The position numbers and the translations under genes were made by a program. A DNA stretch of 64,000 nucleotides. Source: the human T2T-CHM13v2.0 reference genome, Homo sapiens. Shown here piece after piece: positions 1-11,929 of this stretch; positions within the stretch are counted from its first letter, which is position 1; each line of letters opens with the position of its first letter. Where the stretch lies: assembly GCF_009914755.1 (NCBI RefSeq), contig NC_060933.1; one strand, written 5' to 3'. Below the pieces are notes generated by a model, which ran no database searches, was not told the origin of the DNA, and was given only the letters and a program-made list of their open reading frames with translations.

Positions 1-654
1 ATTCAACTCCCTTACTCTCCATTATATTCCATTCCATTCCATTCCATTCCATTCCATTCCATTCCATTCCTTTCCATTTCATTGTACTCGGGGTGATTCC
101 ATTCCATTGCATTCCATTCCATTCCATTCCATTCCATTCCATTCCATTCCGCTGCATTCCATTCCATTACATTCGGATTGATTCTATTCAACTCCCTTAC
201 TCTCCATTTCATTCCATTCCATTCGGGTTGTTCCATTCCATTCCATTCCATTCCATTCCACTCCATTCCATTGCACTCGGGTTGATTCCATTCCATTCCA
301 TTCCATTCCATTCCATTCCATTCCGGATGATTCCATTCCATTGCATTCCGTTCCATTACATTCCCCTGCACTCGCGTTGATTCCATTCCATTCCATTCCA
401 TTCAATTCCATTCCATTACAATTCGTTCCATTCCATTCTATTCCGTACCATTCCATTCCATTCCATACCATTCCATTCCATTTCATTCCATTCCATTCCG
501 TTCCATTCCGTTCCATTCCATTCCATTCCATTCCATTCTATTCGGGTTAATTCCATTCCATTCCATTCCATTCCATTCCATTCTATTCCATTCCATTGCA
601 ATCGAGTTGAATCCATTGCATTTCATTCCATTCCATTCCATTCCATTCCATTCC

Positions 655-669
655 ATTCCGGAAGATTCC
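655..669. promoter_or_regulatory. Perfect 3-unit heat shock element aTTCcgGAAgaTTCc (first of ~40 copies in the window)
   Basis: Direct match to the HSF consensus nTTCnnGAAnnTTCn. Other copies start at 3156, 4104, 4967, 7208, 9282, 9537, 10231, 11074, 12800, 13699, 15285, 16164, 25766, 26559, 27741, 29464, 31815, 32673, 34191, 36564, 38352, 39185, 41201, 42054, 47642, 48480, 49338, 50201, 51904, 52737, 53600, 55278, 55627, 56524, 57367, 58396, 59735 and 60584. Motif match only; binding is not shown. Confidence 0.6.
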
Positions 670-851
670 ATTCCATTGCATTCCATTCCATTCCATTCCC
701 CTGCACTCGCGTTGATTCCATTCCATTCCATTCCATTCCATTCCATTCCATTCCGTTCCGTTCCATTCCATTCCATTCCATTCCATTCCATTCCGTTCCG
801 TTCCATTCCATTCCATTCCATTCTATTCGGGTTAATTCCATTCCATTCCAT

Positions 852-865
852 TCGATTGCAATCGA
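852..865. repeat. Perfect 14-bp palindrome TCGATTGCAATCGA (first of ~30 copies)
   Basis: Equals its own reverse complement. Recurs at e.g. 3353, 4306, 7415, 9479, 9729, 10428, 11276, 13027, 20578, 32012, 48687, 49545 and 58553. Confidence 0.9.
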
Positions 866-1389
866 GTTGATTCCATTCCATTCCATTCCATTCCATTCCA
901 TTCCATTCCATTCCTTTCCATTCCATTACAGATGATTCCATTCCATTGTATTCCATTCCATTCCATTCCCCTGTACTCGGGTTCATTCCATTCCATTCCA
1001 TTCAAATCCATGCCATTCCACTCGTGTTGATTGCATTCTTTCCATTCCATTCAAGTTGAATCCATTCCATTGCATTCCATTCCATTCGATTCCATTCCAT
1101 TCCATTCCGTTCCATTCCATTTCATTACATTCAGATTGATTCTATTCAATTCCCTTACACTCCATTATATTCCAATCCATTCTGGTTGTTTCCATTCCAT
1201 TCCATTCCATTTCACTCCATTCCATTGCACTCGGGTTGATTCCATTCCATTCCATTCCATTGCATTCCATTCCATTCCATTCCGTATGATTCCATTCCAT
1301 TGCATTCCTTTCCATTCCATTCCCCTGCAATCGGGTTGATTCCATTCCATTCCATTCCATTACATTCCGTTCCATTCCATTCCATTCCA

Positions 1390-4300
1390 TTCGGATTGAT
1401 TCTATTCAATTCCCTTACACTCCATTACATTCCATTCCATTCGGGTAGTTTCCATTCCATTCCATTCCATTCCTCTCCATTCCATTGCACTCGGGTTGAC
1501 TCCATTCCATTGCATTCCATTCCATTCCATTCAATTCCATTCCGTTCCATTCCATTCCATTACATTCGGATTGATTCTATTCAACTCCCTTACTCTCCAT
1601 TACATTCCATTCCATTCGGGTTGTTCCATTCCATTCCATTCCATTCCACTCCATTCCATTGCACTCGGGTTGATTCCATTCCATTCCATTCCATTCCATT
1701 CCATTCCATTCCATTCCATTACAATCGAATTGATTCCATTCCATTCCATTCTATTCCAGTCCTTTCCATTCCATTCCACTCGGGTTGAATCCATTCTATT
1801 AGTTTCCATTCCATTCCATTCCCTTCCATTCCACGCTTGTTGATTCCATTCCTTTCCATTCCACTCGAATACATTCCCTCCTATTCCACTCGGAACGATT
1901 CCATTCCATTCCATTCAATTCCATTCCATTCCATTCCATTTCGTTCCATTCCATTCTATTCCGTATCATTCCATTCCATTCCATTCCATTCCATTCCATT
2001 CCATTCCATTCCATTGTACTCGGGTTAATTCCATTCCATTGCATTCCATTCCATTCCATTCCATTCCATTCCATTCCATTCCATTCCGTTCCATTCCATT
2101 ACATTCGGATTGATTCTTTTCAACTCCCTTACTCTCCATTACATTCCATTCCATTCGGATTGTTCCATTCCATTCCATTCCATTCCACTCCATTCCATTG
2201 CACTCGGGTTGATTCCATTCCATTCCATTCCATTCCATTCCGGATGATTCCATTCCATTGCATTCCGTTCCATTACATTCCCCTGCACTCGGGTTGATTC
2301 CATTGCATTCCATTCTATTCCATTCGATTCCATTCCATTCCCCTGCACTCGCGTTGATTCCATTCCATTCCATTCCATTCCATTCCATTGCATTCCTTTC
2401 CATTCCAGTCCTTTCCATTCCATTCCACTCAGGTTGATTCCATTCTATTAGTTTCCAATCCATTCCATTCTCTTCCATTCCACTCTGGTTGATTCCATTC
2501 CTTTCCATTCCACTCGAATACATTCCCTCCTATTCCACTCGGAACGATTCCATTCCATTCCATTCCATTCCATTCCATTCCATTCCACTCGTGTTGATTC
2601 CATTCCTTTCCATTCCAATCGGTTTGAAGGCATTCCATTCCATTCCGTTCCATTCCATTCCATTCCATTCCATTTCATTGTACTCGGGTTGATTCCATTC
2701 GATTGCATTCCATTCCATTCCATTCCATTCCATTCCGTTGCATTCCATTCCATTACATTCGGATTGATTCTATTCAACTCCCTTACTCTCCATTACATTC
2801 CATTCCTTTCGGGTTGTTCCATCCCATTCCATTCCATTCCATTCCACTCCATTCCATTGCACTCGGGTTGATTCCATTCTATTGCATTCCATTCCATTCC
2901 ATTCCGGATGATTCCATTCCATTGCATTCCGTTCCATTCCATTCCCCTGCACTCGCGTTGATTCCATTCCATTCCATTCCATTCCATTCCATTCCATTCC
3001 GTTCCATTCCGTTCCATTCCATTCCATTCCATTCTATTCGGGTTAATTCCATTCCATTCCATTCCATTCCATTCCATTCCATTCCATTCTATTCCATTCC
3101 ATTGCAATCGAGTTGAATCCATTGCGTTTCATTCCATTCCGTTCCATTCCATTCCATTCCGGAAGATTCCATTCCATTGCATTCCATTCCATTCCATTCC
3201 CCTGCACTCGCGTTGATTCCATTCCATTCCATTCCATTCCATTCCATTCCGTTCCGTTCCATTCCATTCCATTCCATTCCATTCCGTTCCATTCCGTTCC
3301 GTTCCATTCCATTCCATTCCATTCTATTCGGGTTAATTCCATTCCATTCCATTCGATTGCAATCGAGTTGATTCCATTCCATTCCATTCCATTCCATTCC
3401 ATTCCTTTCCATTCCATTACGGATGATTCCATTCCATTGCATTCCATTCCATTCCATTCCCCTGTACTCGGGTTGATTCCATTCCATTCCATTCCAATCC
3501 ATGCCATTCCACTTGTGTTGATTCCATTCTTTCCATTCCATTCAAGTTGAATCCATTCCATTGCATTCCATTCCATTCGATTCCATTCGATTGCACTCGG
3601 GTTGATTCCATTCCATTGCATTCCATTCCATTCCATTCCATTCCATTCCATTCCATTCCATTCCGTTCCATTCCATTTCATTACATTCAGGTTGATTCTA
3701 TTCAATTCCCTTACACTCCATTATATTCATATCCATTCTGGCTGTTTCCATTCCATTCCATTCCATTTCACTCCATTCCTTTGCACTCGGGATGATTCCA
3801 TTCCATTCCATTCCATTGCATTCCATTCCATTCCATTCCGGATGATTCCATTCCAATGCATTCCTTTCCATTCCATTCCCCTGCACTCGGGTTGATTCCA
3901 TTCCATTCCATTCCATTACATTCCGTTCCATTCCATTCCATTACATTCGGATTGATTCTATTCAACTCCCTTACTCTCCATTGCATTCCATTCCATTCGG
4001 GTTGTTCCATTCCATTCCATTCGATTCCACTCCATTCCATTGCATTCGGGTTGATTCCATTCCATTCCATTCCATTCCATTCCATTCCATTCCATTCCGT
4101 TCCGTTCCGGAAGATTCCATTCCATTGCATTCCATTCCATTCCATTCCCCTGCACTTGCGTTGATTCTATTCCATTCCATTCTATTCCATTCCATTCCCT
4201 TCCTTTCCGTTCCATTCCATTCCATTCCATTCCATTCCATTCCATTCCGTTCCGTTCCATTCCATTCAATTCCATTCTATTCGGGTTAATTCCATTCCAA

Positions 4301-7300
4301 TCCATTCGATTGCAATCGAGTTCATTCCATTCCATTCCATTCCATTCCATTCCATTCTATTCCTTTCCATTCCATTACGGATGATTCCATTCCATTGCAT
4401 TCCATTCCATTCCATTCCCCTGTACTCGGGTTGATTCCATTCCATTCCATTCCAATCCATGCCATTCCACTCGTGTTGATTCCATTCTTTCCATTCCATT
4501 CAAGTTGAATCCATTCCATTGCATTCCATTCCATTTGATTCCATTCGATTGCACTCGGGTTGATTCCATTCCATTGCATTCCATTCCATTCCATTCCATT
4601 CCATTCCATTCCATTCCTTTCCATTCCATTCCATTACATTCGGATTGATTCTATTCAATTCCCTTACACTCCATTACATTCCATTCCATTCGGGTAGTTT
4701 CCATTCCATTCCATTCCATTCCTCTCCATTCCATTGAACTCGGGTTGATTCCATTCCATTGCATTCCATTCCATTCCATTCAATTCCATTCCGTTCCATT
4801 CCATTCCATTACATTCGGATTGATTCTATTCAACTCCCTTACTCTCCATTCCATTCCATTCCATTCGGGTTGTTCCATTCCATTCCATTCCATTCCACTC
4901 CATTCCATTGCACTCGGGTTGATTCCATTCCATTCCATTCCATTCCATTCCATTCCATTCCATTCCATTCCGGAAGATTCCATTCCATTGCATTCCATTC
5001 CATTCCATTCCCCTGCAATCGCGTTGATTCCATTCCATTCCATTCTATTCCATTCCATTCCCTTCCTTTCCGTTCCATTCCATTCCATTCCATTCTATTC
5101 GGGTTAATTCCATTCCATTCCATTCAATTGCAATCGAGTTGATTCCATTCCATTCCATTCCATTCCATTCCATTCCTTTCCATTCCATTACGGATGATTC
5201 TATTCCATTGTATTCCATTCCATTCCATTCCCCTGTACTCGGGTTGATTCCATTCCTTTGCATTCCAATCCATGCCCTTCCACTCGTGTTGATTCCATTC
5301 TTTCCATTCCATTCAAGTTTAATCAATTCCATTGCATTCCATTCCATTCGATTCCATTCGATTGCACTCGGGTTGATTCCATTCCATTGCATTCCATTCC
5401 ATTCCATTCCATTCCATTCCATTCTATTCCATTCCATTCCGTTCCATTCCATTCCATTACATTCGGATTGATTCTATTCAATTCCCTTACACTCCATTAC
5501 ATTCCATTCCATTCGGGTAGTTTCCATTCCATTCCATTCCATTCCTCTCCATTCCATTGAACTCGGGTTGATTCCATTCCATTGCATTCCATTCCATTCC
5601 ATTCCATTCAATTCCATTCCGTTCCATTCCATTCCATTACATTCGGATTGATTCTATTCAACTCCCTTACTCTCCATTACATTCCATTCCATTCGGGTTG
5701 TTCCATTCCATTCCATTCCACTCCACTCCATTCCATTGCACTCGGGTTGATTCCATTCCATTCCATTCCATTCCATTCCATTCCATTCCATTACAATCGA
5801 ATTGATTCCATTCCATTCCATTCTATTCCAGTCCTTTCCATTCCATTCCACTCGGGTTGAATCCATTCTATAAGTTTCCATTCCATTCCATTCCCTTCCA
5901 TTCCACGCTTGTTGATTCCATTCCTTTCCATTCCACTCGAATACATTCCCTCCTATTCCACTCGGAACGATTCCATTCCATTCCATTCAATTCCATTCCA
6001 TTCCATTCCATTTCGTTCCATTCCATTCTATTCCGTATCATTCCATTCCATTCCATTCCATTCCATTCCATTCCATTCCATTGTACTCGGGTTGATTCCA
6101 TTCCATTGCATTCCATTCCATTCCATTCCATTCCATTACATTCCATTCCATTGCGTTCCATTCCATTACATTCGGATTGATTCTTTTCAACTCCCTTACT
6201 CTCCATTACATTCCATTCCATTCGGATTGTTCCATTCCATTCCATTCCATTCCACTCCATTCCATTGCACTCGGGTTGATTCCATTCCATTCCATTCCAT
6301 TCCATTCCGGATGATTCCATTCCATTGCATTCCGTTCCATTACATTCCCCTGCACTCGGGTTGATTCCATTCCATTCCATTCTATTCCATTCGATTCCAT
6401 TCCATTCCCCTGCACTCGCGTTGATTCCATTCCATTCCATTGCATTCCATTCCATTGCGTTCCTTTCCATTCCAGTCCTTTCCATTCCATTCCACTCAGG
6501 TTGATTCCATTCTATTAGTTTCCAATCCATTCCATTCCCTTCCAATCCACTCTGGTTGATTCCATTCCTTTCCATTCCACTCGAATACATTCCCTCCTAT
6601 TCCACTCGGAACGATTCCATTCCATTCCATTCCATTCCATTCCATTCCATTCCACTCGTGTTGATTCCATTCCTTTCCATTCCATTCGGTTTGAAGGCAT
6701 TCCATTCCATTCCGTTCCATTCCATTCCATTCCATTCCATTTCATTGTACTCGGGTTGATTCCATTCCATTGCATTCAATTCCATTCCATTCCATTCCAT
6801 TCCGTTGCATTCCATTCCATTACATTCGGATTGATTCTATTCAACTCCCTTACTCTCCATTACATTCCATTCCATTCGGGTTGTTCCATCCCATTCCATT
6901 CCATTCCATTCCACTCCATTCCATTGCACTCGGGTTGATTCCATTCTATTGCATTCCATTCCGTTCCATTCCGGATGATTCCATTCCATTGCATTCCGTT
7001 CCATTCCATTCCCCTGCACTCACGTTGATTCCATTCCATTCCATTCCATTCCATTCCATTCCGTTCCATTCCGTTCCATTCCATTCCATTCCATTCTATT
7101 CGGGTTAATTCCATTCCATTCCATTCCATTCCATTCCATTCTATTCCATTCCATTGCAATCGAGTTGAATCCATTGCATTTCATTCCATTCCGTTCCATT
7201 CCATTCCATTCCGGAAGATTCCATTCCATTGCATTCCATTCCATTCCATTCCCCTGCACTCGCGTTGATTCCATTCCATTCCATTCCATTCCATTCCATT

Positions 7301-7490
7301 CCATTCCATTCCGTTCCGTTCCATTCCATTCCATTCCATTCCATTCCATTCCATTCCGTTCCGTTCCATTCCATTCCATTCCATTCTATTCGTGTTAATT
7401 CCATTCCATTCCATTCGATTGCAATCGAGTTGATTCCATTCCATTCCATTCCATTCCATTCCATTCCTTTCCATTCCATTACGGATGATT
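1390..7490 (+). repeat. Segmental duplication within the array: ~1390-3430 is repeated at ~5460-7490 (offset ~4067-4077)
   Basis: Shared rare variants CCACGCTTGTTG (1831/5903) and CTCAGGTTG (2428/6495), plus the GTTCCATCCC variant. ORF pairs 2489/6556 and 2703/6770 are offset by 4067. Confidence 0.85.
3459..3607 (+). repeat. Conserved ~150-bp SatIII variant module (CCCCTGTACTCGGG...CAATCCATGCC...CTCGTGTTG...CAAGTTGAATCC...CGATTGCACTCGGGTTGATT); representative of ~39 copies
   Basis: The CAAGTTGAATCC landmark recurs at 1052, 3543, 4501, 9929, 11481, 12539, 14111, 15024 ... 56911 and 60142. Confidence 0.85.
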
Positions 7491-8270
7491 CCATTCCATT
7501 GCATTCCATTCCATTCCATTCCATTCCTTTCCGTTCCATTCCATTCCATTGCATTCCATTCAAATCCATTTCATTCCGTTCCGTTCCGTTCCATTCCATT
7601 CCATTCCATTCTATTCGGGTTAATTCCATTCCATTCCATTCGACTGCAATCGAGTTGATTCCATTCCATTCCATTCCATTCCATTCCATTCCATTCCATT
7701 CCATTCCATTCCATTCCTTTCCTTTCCATTCCATTACGGATGATTCCATTCCATTGCATTCCATTCCATTCCATTCCCCTGTACTCGGGTTGATTCCATT
7801 CCATTCCATTCCATTCCATTCCGGATGATTCCATTCCATTGCATTCCGTTCCATTACATTCCCCTGCACTCGGGTTGATTCCATTCCATTCCATTCCATT
7901 CCATTCCATTCCAATCGAGTTGATTCCATTCCATTCCATTCCATTCCATTCCATTCCATTCCACTCCATTCCAGTCCTTTCCATTCCATTCCACTCGGGT
8001 TGATTCCAATGTATTCCTTTCCATTCCATTCCATTCCATTGCAATCGTGTTGATTCCATTGCTTTGCCTTCCATTCCATTCCATTCCATTCCGGATGATT
8101 CCATTCCATTGCATTCCATTCCATTCCATTCCCCTGCACTCGGGTTGATTCCATTCCATTCCACTCCATTTCGTTCCATTCCATTCCATTGCATTGTATT
8201 CGGGTTAATTCCATACCATTCCATTACATTCCATTACAATCGAGTTGATTCCATTCCATTCCATTCCATT

Positions 8271-8650
8271 CCAGTCCTTTCCATTCCATTCCTCTCGGGT
8301 TGATTCCATTCTATTAGTTTCCATTCCATTCCATTCCCTTCCATTCCACTCTGGTTGATTCCATTCCTTTCCATTCCACTCGAATACATTCCCGCCTATT
8401 CCACTCGGAAAGATTCCATTCCATTCCATTCCATTCCATTCCATTCCATTCCATTCCATTCCAGTCCTTTCCATTCCATTCCACTCGGGTTGATTCCATT
8501 CTATTAGTTTCCATTCCATTCCATTCCCTTCCATTCCACTCTGGTTGATTCCATTCCTTTCCATTCCACTCGAATACATTCCCTCCTATTCCACTCGGAA
8601 AGATTCCATTCCATTCCATTCCATTCCATTCCATTCCATTCCATTCCATT
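8271..8650 (+). repeat. 190-bp local tandem duplication
   Basis: CTATTAGTTT at 8311/8501 and CGAATACATT at 8381/8571. The private variant CGGAAAGATT at 8406/8596 is in both copies. Confidence 0.85.
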
Positions 8651-11600
8651 CCATTCCATTTCGTTCCATTCCATTCTATTCCGTATCATTCCATTCCATT
8701 CCATTCCCTTCCATTCCATTTCATTCCATTCCATTCCATTGTACTCGGGTTGATTCAATTCCATTGCATTCCATTCCATTCCATTCCATTCCATTCCGTT
8801 GCATTCCATTCCATTACATTCGGATTGATTCTATTCAACTCCCTTACTCTCCACTACATTCCATTCCATTCGGGTTGTTCCATTCCATTCCATTCCATTC
8901 CACTCCATTCCATTGCACTCGGGTTGATTCCATTCCTTTCCATTCCATTCCATTCCATTCCATTGCGGATGATTCCATTCCATTGCATTCCGTTCCATTA
9001 CATTCCCCTGCACTCGCGTTGATTCCATTCCATTCCATTCCATTCCATTCAATTCCATTCCATTACAATTCGTTCCATTCCATTCTATTCCGTACCATTC
9101 CATTCCATTCCATACCATTCCATTCCATTCCATTCCATTCCGTTCCATTCCGTTCCATTCCATTCCATTCCATTCAATTCGAATTAATTCCATTCCATTC
9201 CATTCCATTCCATTCTGTTCCATTCCATTGCAATCGAGTTGAACCCATTGCATTTCATTCCATTCCATTCCATTCCATTCCCTTCCGGAAGATTCCATTC
9301 CATTGCATTCCATTCCATTCCATTCCCCTGCACTCGCGTTGATTCCATTCCATTCCATTCCATTCCGTTCCGTTCCATTCCATTATATTCCATTCCATTC
9401 CATTCAATTCCATTCCATTACATTCCGTTCCATTCAATTCCATTCCATTCTATTCGGGTTAATTCCATTCCATTCCATTCGATTGCAATCGAGTTGATTC
9501 CATTCCATTCCATTCCATTCCATTCCATTCCATTCCATTCCGGAAGATTCCATTCCATTACATTCCATTCCATTCCATTCCCCTGCACTCGCGTTGATTC
9601 CATTCCATTCCATTCCATTCCATTCCATTCCGTTCCATTCCATTCCATTACATTCCATTCCATTCCATTCCGTTCCGTTCCATTCCATTCCATTACATTC
9701 TATTCGGGTTAATTCCATTCCATTCCATTCGATTGCAATCGAGTTGATTCCATTCCATTCCATTCCATTCCATTCCATTCCATTCCATTAATTTCCATTC
9801 CATTACGGATGATTCCATTGCATTGCATTCCATTCCATTCCATTCCCCTGTACTCTGGTTGATTCCATTCCATTCCATTCCAATCCATGCCATTCCACTC
9901 GTGTTGATTCCATTCTTTCCATTCCATTCAAGTTGAATCCATTCCATTGTATTCCATTCCATTCGATTCCATTCGATTGCACTCGGGTTGATTCCATTCC
10001 ATTGCATTCCATTCCATTCCATTCCATTCCATTCCATTCCGTTCCATTCGATTCCATTACATTGGGATTGATTCTATTCAATTCCCTTACACTCCATTAC
10101 ATTCCATTCCATTCGGGTAGTTTCCATTCCATTCCATTCCATTCCTCTCCATTCCATTGCACTCGGGTTGATTCCATTCCATTGCATTCCATTCCATTCC
10201 ATTCAATTCCATTCCATTCCATTCCATTCCATTCCGGAAGATTCCATTCCATTGCATTGCATTCCATTCCATTCCCCTGCACTCGCGTTGATTCCATTCC
10301 ATTCCATTCCATTCCATTCCATTCCGTTCCGTTCCGTTGCATTCCATTGCATTCCATTCCATTCCATTCCGTTCCGTTCCATTCCATTCCATTCCATTCT
10401 ATTCGGGTTAATTCAATTCCTTTCCATTCGATTGCAATCGAGTTGATTCCATTCCATTCCATTCCATTCCACTCCATTCCTTTCCATTCCATTACGGATG
10501 ATTCCATTCCATTGCATTCCATTCTATTCCATTCCCCTGTACTCGGGTTGATTCCATTCCATTCCATTCCAATCCATGCCATTCCACTTGTGTTGATTCC
10601 ATTCTTTCCATTTCATTCAAGTTGAATGCATTCCATTGCATTCCATTCCATTCGATTCCATTCGATTGCACTCGGGTTGATTCCATTCCATTGCATTCCA
10701 TTCCATTCTATTCCATTCCATTCCATTCCATTCCATTCCATTCCATTCCATTCCATTCGGATTGATTCTATTCAATTCCCTTACACTCCATTACATTACA
10801 TTCCATTCGGGTAGTTTCCATTCCATTCCATTCCATTCCTCTCCATTCCATTGCACTCGGGTTGATTCCATTCCACTGCATTCCATTCCATTCCATTCAA
10901 TTACATCCCGTTCCATTCCATTCCATTACATTCGGATTGATTCTATTCAACTCCCTTACTCTCCATTACATTCCATTCCATTCGGGTTGTTCCATTCCAT
11001 TCCATTCCATTCCACTCCATTCCATTGCACTCGGGTTGATTCCATTCCATTCCATTCCATTCCATTACATTCCTTTCCGGAAGATTCCATTCCATTGCAT
11101 TCCATTCCATTCCATTCCCCTGCACTCGCGTTGATTCCATTCCATTCCATTCTATTCCATTCCATTCCCTTCCTTTCCGTTCCATTCCATTCCATTCCAT
11201 TCCATTCCATTCCGTTCCGTTCCATTCCATTCCATTCCATTCCATTCTATTCGGGTTAATTCCATTCCATTCCATTCGATTGCAATCGAGTTGATTCCAT
11301 TCCATTCCATTCCATTCCATTCCATTCCATTCCATTCCATTCCTTTCCATTCCATTACGGATGATATCATTCCATTGCATTCAATTCCATTCCATTCCCC
11401 TGTACTCGGGTTGATTCCATTCCATTCCATTCCAATCCATGCCATTCCACTCGTGTTGATTCCATTCTTTCCATTCCATTCAAGTTGAATCCATACCATT
11501 GCATTCTTTTCCATTCGATTCCATTCGATTGCACTCGGGTTGATTCCATTCCATTGCATTCCATTCCATTCCAATCCATTCCATTCCATTCCATTCCATT

Positions 11601-11929
11601 CCGTTCCATTCCATTCCATTGCATTCCATTCCATTCCATTCAATTCCATTCCGTTCCATTCCATTACATTACATTCGGATTGATTCTATTCAATTTCCTT
11701 ACACTCCATTACATTCCATTCCATTCGGGTAGTTTCCATTCCATTCCATTCCATTCCACTCCATTCCATTGCACTCGGGTTGATTCCATTCCATTCCATT
11801 CCATTCCATTCCATTCCATTCCATTCCATTCCATTCCATTCCATTGTACTCGGGTTGATTCCATTCCATTCCATTCCATTCCATTCCATTCCATTCCATT
11901 CCGTTCCATTCCATTCCATTCCATTCGGA

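Noticed and set aside
656-663. STAT GAS element in TTCCGGAA
   Set aside because: The spacing is TTC-N2-GAA, not the canonical TTC-N3-GAA. The HSE reading fits better.
7141-8214. Long minus-strand ORF (357 aa MEWNG repeat), and likewise 50078..51061, 46145..47044 and all other minus-strand ORFs
   Set aside because: (GGAAT)n has no stop codon in any frame and gives an ATG every 15 nt in each frame. The ORFs overlap in all frames and have no unique content.
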